Positions 54,554 to 64,000 of a stretch of 64,000 nucleotides of DNA are shown here, piece after piece (within the stretch, counting starts at the first letter, position 1; the number at the start of each line of letters is the position of its first letter). A model generated the notes under the pieces. That model saw only the letters and a list, made by a program, of their open reading frames with translations. It did no database searches and was not told where the DNA came from. A program made the position numbers and the translations under genes. Origin of the DNA: Ascoidea asiatica JCM 7603 (Eukaryota; Fungi; Ascomycota); contig BCKQ01000003.1 in the NCBI GenBank assembly GCA_001600695.1, forward strand, positions 528,003 to 592,002, read 5' to 3'.

Positions 54554-57147
54554 ACTGATGAATGCTTTATTTCCGAAGTTTTCAATGATAAAAATTCGTT
54601 GTCTCCCATGGTTGACAATTTTAAGCTACTATTGGATCTTATAGATGCAGACTCTGAGAACAATGAAGAAGAAGATGTTGATTCTGATGACGATGATTCT
54701 GAAACTTTTGGAATAATCTCAGATAAATCAACTTGTGATTTATCAAAATTATTATCTCTTTTAATTTTTATTATAATTTTATTTTTCAAATCTAATGGAC
54801 TTGGTAAATCTTTAATTGAATTTTCATCTTCACTATTTTGAATAATTAGCATATCTCCTAAAATATTAAGAAATGAATCTTTCACATATTTCTGATAATT
54901 TTTTTTACAATGAATTTCAATTGATAACATTAATGGTAAACATGAATTATAAAATCCATAGTTTCTAACAGTTTTTAGTACATCTTCTAAATTACATGGT
55001 GATGTAAATGTTAATCCATGACTCACAACTGGTCCATTTTCACCATCCCAAATATCAATTTCAATTGATTTACATCCTTTTTTCAATGCATTAATATATC
55101 CTTCAATTGATGAAAATCCTTTAACTTGTTTACCTAAAAGATATGTATTATGAGATGATGAAATAAAATATTCATTCATTGGTCTTGTAAAATTTGTTGT
55201 TTCTGGTAAATCTTTACTTTCTTTAAAATACTCACTTTCAACTAAATAATTTATAAATGAATTCAAACTTAAAAGACTTTCATTATTATTATTTTTATTA
55301 TCACACGAATATTTCAAAAATAATTTTTGAATATCAGAATCACTCATTGATATTTCTTTTTGTACATTTTTCAAAAATGATTGAAATTGTTCAGATGTCA
55401 TACAATTTTTATTAATATTTATATTGTTTTTAACAATTTTTCTGAATATATCAGAAATATCTTTTCTATAAGAGTTCAAATAATTAATTATTTCTTTTGT
55501 TTCATGAAAATCTATACGACTTTTCTTAGACGGATTGAATTTTTTATTATTAAATAATTCAAAAGCTTGAGAACTGGAAATAAAAGTTTGACTTTTTTTA
55601 AGAAATTTTTTAAATTCTTCAAAAGATAAAATCTGAGCTTTAATATAGTTTTCGTTAGTATAACTTCTAGTAGATGTTTCAAAAACATCAAAATCGAAAA
55701 AATTTTGCCATTGAAGTGAAAATCTATCTTCGAAATTTAAATTTTTAAATAAAATTTTATTATAATCTTTTAAAAAGTATAGAATATTAATAAGTAATTT
55801 AAATTCATTTTCATTCGAGCCTATAATATGTAAGATTTTTATTGAATTTTTCCTTCGACCACCTATTGAAATATGGGATTTCAATTTACGACTTAAATCA
55901 TTTAAAAAAGCAGAAGATAAAGTTGATTCCAAAGATAATATTGATTCACTACTTTTAAGACAGTTATTACCAGTAGTATTATTATTACTATCATTTGACA
56001 TGGTTTCATTGGTTTTATGTTTATATATTATTGTTGCCCAGTTACATTTTAGGTTACTTAAACTATTTGGCATTAATAAATTTTTGTAAGACTCAGCATC
56101 TTTATTTATTCTTATATCTATTATATCTTCAATATTGAAAAAGTTAAAGTTTGAACTTAAATTTGAATTAGAATTGAAATTAGAGAGAGAAGAATGAGTA
56201 GGTAAATGAGGATTTGATAATGAATGTGAATTTGTAAGATAATTTTTTGTAGTAAGTGATTGTGATAATAATAGAGATGATGTTGATCTTTTTAATGAAT
56301 TATTTTGATTCCAATTTAGGGTAAAATTTGAGCCAGATAAATTTATTTTGAATAAAAATGACATTTTCTTATCTTTTGAAACTTTAAGTAATGATATTCC
56401 ATTATTAAGAAATAAAGATGGTATTGACTGTTTTAGAGGAAATCTAATCATATCATCAAAATTAACTGAATTATTATTAGCTGACAAGCTTTTAGAATTT
56501 AATAATGAATTTGTCCTGTCATAATGACTGCAAATATCATTGTAGTTATCATTAACATTACCATTATTAATAGCATTATTTTTACAATTACTATTATAAT
56601 TATAATTATTATCATTAATAAATGATGCTATGGAAATATTTTGATTAAGTTTATTATTTATTAGGTGAGCATTTTTATGATAGTTATTAGTGATTAATTT
56701 TTTGATAAAAAATTTAGTTGAATAAAAAAAATTGAATTTTTGAAGACTACTACTAAGAGTATTAGCATCAAAATTAGTTGAATTTATGAATTTATAATTG
56801 TCATTAAATTTATTGTCATTTAAATGAGAATTAAAATATACTGTCTTTTTATTTACAAGAAAATCTGATTGAGAAGAAGTAGAAAAGGGAGTAGAACATA
56901 ATGTACTAGAAGATGAAAAAAGTTGAACATTACTTTTTTGAAGTATTTTTGGATAAGATGTCAGAGATGAGCATTCTTGGAGAAAGGTTGGATTATTTAG
57001 GTTATTTATATTTTTTGAGTTATTTTTTTTAGATATAGCAATATTTTTTGAAATATTCTTTGAATTAATTATATAATCATCTTTTTCTTTTTCATTTTCG
57101 ACTATTATATCATCATCATCTTGATTTAATATATTGCTATCTATCAT
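53143..57147 (-). CDS. PLC1: Phosphoinositide-specific phospholipase C
   Basis: X domain YFISSSHNTYL...EIDIWDG..GPVVSHG...LSIEIHC; Y domain FSFSE...RIYPSGFRVNSSNFNP..W..GCQYVATNWQT; C2 ending LKEGYRHIPIYD. Confidence 0.96.
54500..54550. repeat. (GAA)n(GAT)n microsatellite encoding poly-Ser in the Plc1 X-Y linker
   Basis: GAAGAAGAA followed by about 14 GAT units. Confidence 0.9.
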
Positions 57148-60100
57148 TTTGAAATTATTAACTTAGATTAATTGTTTTGATTAAAATATTGAAAAAGGAC
57201 CAATGAAGTTATGATAGTAATATAAAGTTATGATAATAATAAAAAGAATAATAATTAAGTAATATAATGATAAATTATTAAAAATAAATAATTTAATGTG
57301 AAATTTTGAATTTATTGTAAAAAGAAGATGAATAGAAGTATTTATATGATAATAATAATTAAAATAATATAATGAATTTTTTCATAAAATATTTTAAAAA
57401 TAATTGGATTAAAAAATTAGTATTATAATTGTACAAGTGTAAAGATGATTATCATATAAAAATACTTTTAATAATGTACTCAAATAGTATATATAAATAT
57501 ATTAAAATTGATAATATAATTTAATTGGTAAAGATGAATGAAAATCTTTGTTTTAGTTTTTTGAAATATTTTTTAATTTTTAGTTAAAAAATAATTTTGA
57601 AAAACAATTTAAGATAAAAAGAAAAAAGTAATTCTAGTACAATACTAGTAAAATAGCAATTTCAAATATTTTTTTTTTTTTTAGTTATTGTTAGACTGAT
57701 TAAGTTAACAGATTAATTGAAATTTGAATAAGACTTGATATAATAAAAAGTATAAGAATAATAAGAATAAGAATTAGAATAAGAATAAGATTGAAAGAAT
57801 ATAATAGAAAAGAGAAGAAAAAGGAAGTTAATTGAATTTTATTGGATAATTGATTGGACAGTTGATTGAATGATTGATTGAATTATAATTGAATGTATTC
57901 AATAAATTATATTGGTTAATGATTAAATTCGTAAGTTAATTGAAAATAATCTCGGATACTTATTATGATTAAAGACAATATTACTTTTTAATGTATATAA
58001 AATTAGACTTGAAATAGTTTTGAAATCTTAGATTTAAAACAAAAAAAAACTTAGATTATTAATATTCAGAATTTTAAACAATAGTGAATTGAATATTAAA
58101 TATTAAATATTGAATATTAAAAATTGGATTTGAAAATTTGAAACTTGAAATTTGAAATTTGAAAAATGAGCTTTCAAAATTTTAATTTGAGATTTGAAAA
58201 TTTTGAAATGAATTTGATATATTTTATCTATTTTATTTTTATTATCTTTGATTGAAAGTTATATGAAGTAAATTAATTATATTAATTTTCTTTTTAGTTA
58301 TTTAGAATAATTAAATAAATGATAATAAAGAAAGTATATCAAATTGAATTAAATTGAATAAAACTACAATAGTTTGAATTCTTCAATTATTCTTCAGTTA
58401 TTTTTTAACTAGTTTTTAATATTATTTACCAAATTTTAGTAAATTTTAAATGAGATTAAGTAAAATTAAATGATTAATATGATTGATTTCTTAGAAGTTC
58501 TTTAGAACAAATATCATAATTATTACCACAAGTAATATTTAGAGTAAAACTTAACAGAAAGATTAAATAGAAAGATTAAATAGAAAGATTAAACTGAATT
58601 GAAAATAAGGAGATTTTGTTTCAAAAAAGGGAAATAAATATTATTTATATTCTTTTTTAGTCAGTAATTACTTAGAGATGGAAAAGATGCTTATATACTT
58701 TTTTTATTGTTGTTATTGTTTTTGTTTTTGTTATTGTTCTTGCAGTATTATTATGTTGTTATTATTACAGTATATTATTACTATGTTACTAAGTTACTAA
58801 GGTATTACTATTGATATTGTTATTTTTGTGTGATTTTGGAGAGGTTGGCAAATGAATGATGTTTCTGGTGACAGAGAAGTGGTTTTTTAGGTTAGGAGCA
58901 ACAGGCTCCATCCACCTTTGGCTGTAGTAAAGCCAGTTAACTAGGTAACTCGGTAATGTAATTCTTTTTGTCCTCTATGAAACTGCCAAATCCAATCAGC
59001 ACACCTTCATTTTGTTGCTACAGTAGCACTGTACGGTATCGTTATTACTGTCGCACTGCACTGTTCAGTACTACCACTTGTAGTAACTAGGGAACTTTAA
59101 GGTTACCCGCTTACAGCTCCAAGGCTTTTCCCAGTGCTGTATTATACACTAATTATACAAATTTTGTACTGTTGTTCGTTCTCCAACTCTACTGCCATAG
59201 TGACCACCTCTACTACCGCTATCATCACTCTAGTTATATTATGGTGGGATGGATCTGTGTGCGTGTATGTACACGTTAACATTAATTGAAATCAATAATT
59301 TGAATAATCTGAGCACCTCGAACAATTATTACAATCAATATAAATGTTAGGCTTCTTTTCAAAACGGGATGTTGTGCAGTTGAAGTGACAAATAAGCTTC
59401 CCTTTTGCTGGTGAAGTGCAATCAAATAGCTTAAGTTGGCGTTTACAAATGCATTTGTCTGTGAACTCTAATAACTTCACCAGATGTCCAGATTAAAGGA
59501 GTGAATCTTAAACTCTAATAGCCAGATGAGTTTTTCAATTTCGTTGACTGTTTCTGTATTCAAACTTGCTGGTAACAATAGTATAAAAATTGCCAGTTGC
59601 CGCTGCATCTCATTCAATTATGGATGAGGTTAATAGATTTAGGTAAGTTACCGATAAAAAGATAAAAAATATAAAAGCACACACATTTTATTTATAAATA
59701 AACAAACATATTTAATTGATTAATTAATTAATTAATGAATGTATGAATGAATGAATTATAAATAACCATTGTACAGTAAATAGATACACCATCTACTACT
59801 ACAGACACCAGTAAGTGAAAAAGATGTTCTAGTTTGTTCTTAAGCCATTCCTTCAAGCCAACAATGAATAATATTTCTGATTAATCTGCTCTAGACTCGA
59901 GGATAAAGATTCCTTCGTTTGCAATGTTTTCTCTGGACATTACTGTAACGTTACCACTCCAGTAAAGTAGTAAATTAGTAAATTAGTAAAATAGTAAAGT
60001 ATTACTAGTAGTTACTACTTTTAAATTTCAATTCTCATTTCAGGTATAAATAAATAATTTAACTTTAATTTGCAACTTTCTCGTATCTAAAGAGAAAAGT

Positions 60101-61332
60101 GTTGGCCAATAACAATCATCAATATTTGTCAGACGAGTACGGTAATCTGGCCTTAAATCCGCCAAAACACAACAGTAACTTTACTTACTCTTATTAAAGT
60201 AAATACTGTGCAAAATGCACTTCTAAGTGAAAAAAAAATAATAATCCATAACTTTAACTTGAACATTCGACTAAAAATGTCTAGAGATGTCTTATTATAT
60301 TCAAAATATGTTTTTGAACTAACTATATTTGAAGAGAAAACAAAGAAAATGCTCACTCACACAATTCAAAATATTTCAATGACTAGGATTTTATATTTAT
60401 TAATAATATTATAATGACTGATTTACTTATTTTTTTTGTTTTTATTTTCTTTTTAAAGGTGAGTTATGATCAATATTTTTTTGTATTCTTTAAATATTTA
60501 AATATTTTCATGGAAACCCCTTTAGCGATTTATTTAGTTTCAAAATAAAAAAGTTTTTGTAATTTAAACTAAAATTTTTAAAACAGGATTAACAATTTAA
60601 TCTGAATAAAGTTTTTGTAAATGTACTGAATATCTTTCAATTGTAAGTTAGGTTAATCCACTTCAACTTTTCTCATCTCATCTATCATAAACAAAAAAAA
60701 AAATATTAAAAATAACTTTGGACCCAAATAATTGGGCTTATTTAAATCTGAGAACCCATTAAAAATAAAAGAAAATAAAAAGTACTTTTACTTTTTAAAT
60801 ACGTAGAGTATTTATTTCTAAAATCAATTAATTAATTAATCAATTAATTTACTCTATTTAGAATTGAGGTTCTTTTAAAGGAGTGTAACGCATGAATAGA
60901 GTCCTGATTAGACAGCTGTGAGAGAAGTGTGTGTTACCTAGAGAATAAAATTATAACTTACAGTAATAATTTAACTTTCTGCAATACTCCGTGTTAAATT
61001 AATTATAAATAAATATAAATATGAATAAAAATATAAACACAGTACGAATAAAAAAATTAATTAGAATATAAAGTTAACGTTAACGTTAATATTAATTAAT
61101 TTTCAATTAAAATATTTAGAAAAAAATGATAATTTTCAGACATTCACACCGAGAAATACTTGAATAACTTAAATTAGTTATAACTCTATAATAATTGTAT
61201 AATTATTATAATAACCAGTGCCGCTGCTACAGTATTCAATTAGTAGTATATTTTTAAAGTAACAATGTAAATTCCTATTTGAGGATAATATTCATTTATA
61301 ATTATTTCATAACTAAAAAAATTGAAAGAATT

Positions 61333-61382
61333 AAAAGAACTAAAAGAACTAAAAGAACTAAAAGAACCAAAAGAGCTAAAAG
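61333..61382. repeat. 9-bp tandem repeat (AAAAGAACT)n
   Basis: About five imperfect copies in intergenic DNA. Confidence 0.8.
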
Positions 61383-64000
61383 ATTTTAAACAGTAAAAGA
61401 AGTAAAAGAATTGGAATAAAAAAAGAAATTTATGAATTTAGATTCAAACTTCAATCAAATTTAATTAAATTGATCTTTGATTGATTTAATTTATTCTTTT
61501 AGTGATTAAATCATTTATCAATCAATTGTTCAATTGTTTGATTGATTGATTGATTTGTTATAGGGATACAAATTATTTACGAAATTATTTAAAAAAAATA
61601 TATATTCTTTAATCCTTATAAATATGGAAATTATTTGTGTAGAAAATTTATATTCAATAATAATTTTTTAAGTTAAAACAATGACAAGTTATAAATAAAA
61701 ACATAACAATCCAGTTCTCAAAAGTACTTTCATTACTCCAGTATAATATCATTTTTTTTGATAAACAATAAATAAAGGAAGAGAGTAAAGAAATTATCTA
61801 TAATTTTCATTATTTATATTTTCAATTCAGTTTCAAATATTCTTCATTATTTTACATTTTATTTTATTTAATTTCTGTTAATAATTCGAACTTGAGTCTA
61901 GGGAAAAAAAAATGGATATATAAAATAACTTCTAAAAAGTTTTTTTTTTCTTTTTTCTTTTCTCTTTTGGTTTCTTGATTTTTATTTATTTCAAAGAAAT
62001 AAAGAAGTAAATTTGTTCCTAAAATCTATTTCGGCTAATTTATCTAAGAGATCAGAGTAATATTGATATTGAATGAAAATTATAAAATTTTTCACTTCAA
62101 TCAAATAGTTTGTGGTTACCGAATTTGTTTGGTTTCATACAAATGTTAGAGGCTTTTTGGTGTGGCAAGTGAGGGTCAGAAATTCTTTTTAAAAGAGAAA
62201 GAACTTATTATCGGGAACGGATATTAATCAATGGGAACGGAAATAAAATATGGACACAAAATATATTTTGGGAATAAAACACAAATTCCCGATAATTTTT
62301 TTTTTTCATGAAAGAACTGATTATGTAATTAGAAGGGGTTCAAGAAAAAAAAAAAGTTTGGTAACGTAACAGTGCTGCAGTATACTGTACATACTTTTTC
62401 ATTGAATGTTTAGGCTTTCTACAACCGAGTGTTTAGTACTGTTATTGAAAAAGAGAGCCCTAATATTAAAGGCGTTTATTTAAGGCATCTATCTTACTTT
62501 ATTGAAAAATTAAACCAAACCTTTTTTTTCAATAAAGGTATAATCATTTTATAAATAACTACCTTATTGTAAAAATAATGTTTTAATAATGTTTGTAAAA
62601 AGTTTTATTTGAATTAAATCATAATTCTAAAAGGAATTTTTTTTGCTTTCCGATGTGAAAATTTAATATACAAGTGATAATATGGAATTTTACCTAATTT
62701 CTTCAGTTTACAGTCTTTTAAAAGGCTTTAATATACACTAAGATAGGATATATATAATCAAATAGAATTTATGAGCCCAATGTTTCATTTTTTTCATTAT
62801 TACTACAAAATTCATTATTCATTGCTTTTACAAGTATCAATTGATAGATAATATTATAATAAAGATTTTCTGAATCACAAATTTGAATTTCCCTGAATAA
62901 GTGATATGTTTTGAATATTCTATAAACTCGTAAATAACGCGATTCCTTACCATGTAGTTATCCATAATCAACCGGGGTGACAGCTTTTCATATTCTCTAG
63001 AGCTCTAGTAATAAAAATTTTACACCCCTGAACAAAAAATACCATTTAAGAGGGTCATTGCAAAAAGTATGCCGCCACCCGCAGCTGTTGCTTTGGTTTA
63101 ATGAGATGCGTGGGTGTATGTGGGTAGCAGCATACAGGTATATTTGGCATTCCATTCCCAGCAAGGTATCTGCAGCCTTGGCAGATCTCTCGTGCTGCTG
63201 AAATTATGAGCCAATCAAAACTTGTAGATAGCCAAATGCAGCCTGAGGAAGCCTGGGTCCGTTACTAGACTTCCGCTAAACCGCCTATTTTCCCTTTATA
63301 AAAAGAACATTTAATGATGAAAAAGTCTTTACCGTTTTAGTTAAGCTTATTAGTTACTCACGTGTACCTTTAACACTGGGCTTATATTTTACATTTTGAT
63401 TACGTTTCCGTGGCGGAATAGACTGTACATTGTTGAGAGATATGCTCTTTGGAGTTTTGAGCGTACTTTGCGAGTTTGGCGTGTTTTTCCTGAATTATTG
63501 TACATTTTAGGTGCTGTTACCAGGTATTTCTGCAGATTCACCTACTTTTCTCAGCGCTATCTTTTTCATTTTCTTTGTTATTTACTGAGATATTGAGTTA
63601 ACTATGAGAAAAAAACAATTTAAAAATTTCCTAAACAAATTCCCAAGAACACCTGTTACTATTTTCTACAACTTCAAAATTACATTCATTGTATTCTATT
63701 ATTTAATCTTTTTTTTTTTCTTAAGTTATTATTTTAAATTGTATTATCCTATTGTATTTAATTCATCATTTCATTGTAAAGTTCCAGAATTCAAAAACTA
63801 GTCAAAGATAATTGTAATAATAAATGAATTATTCTCATACTTCCGAGAAAATATAATTAAGTCTTAGATCTGTTTCAAAACAAGTATTAAAAATACTATC
63901 GGTAGCACTCCATTTTATATCAAAAAAAAATAAAGAAAAAACAAGCTAAATTTTGTACAATTTACCGAATCGAGACAATTTAAACAATTTCAAACATAAT

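Noticed and set aside
54429-54841. Poly-Met and acidic ORFs on the + strand
   Set aside because: Antisense shadows of the PLC1 poly-Ser (GAT)n tract.
10659-62390. Recurrent TACTGTA/TACAGTA heptamer in intergenic DNA
   Set aside because: About a dozen copies noticed, which is only modestly above a rough expectation for this AT content. It cannot be called enriched without a proper count.
1-64000. CRISPR arrays, rRNA, spliceosomal introns in the called genes
   Set aside because: No repeat-spacer arrays or rRNA motifs were seen. The called CDSs are continuous, and no convincing GTATGT...TACTAAC...YAG set was found at the permease breaks.

Overview
Very AT-rich eukaryotic DNA with intron-poor, single-exon genes of budding-yeast (Saccharomycotina) type. 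The Asn/Lys-rich proteins and the retained molybdo-enzyme and velvet-like gene suggest a non-Saccharomycetaceae, possibly filamentous yeast such as an Ascoidea-like species; this is inference. There are three zones. (1) 1-17.2 kb has no recognisable host gene. It holds an old, essentially spacer-less giant palindrome centred at about 1868, whose right arm is split by a full-length but dead Ty3/gypsy LTR retrotransposon (2993-9588; 200-bp LTRs, TAGTC target-site duplication). It also holds decayed repeats in alternating orientation (10.7-15.8 kb) and a TA-flanked MITE with perfect 45-bp TIRs. (2) 17.2-57.1 kb is gene-dense: orphan gene A, xanthine dehydrogenase, an orphan, peroxisomal catalase, tRNA-Arg(UCU) and tRNA-Thr(AGU), an FCY2-type purine-cytosine permease, a broken amino-acid permease divergent from an M19 dipeptidase, INN1, RAM2, orphan gene B (paralog of A), FSF1, VPS51, a divergent velvet-domain gene, an MRM2-like gene, CHO2 and PLC1. 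(3) 57.1-64 kb is a 6.8-kb region without a credible ORF. The best leads are the giant palindrome and repeat zone, the velvet-domain gene in a yeast, the purine/alternative-nitrogen gene cluster, and the orphan paralog pair with a shared upstream 14-mer. All alignments and counts were done by eye.
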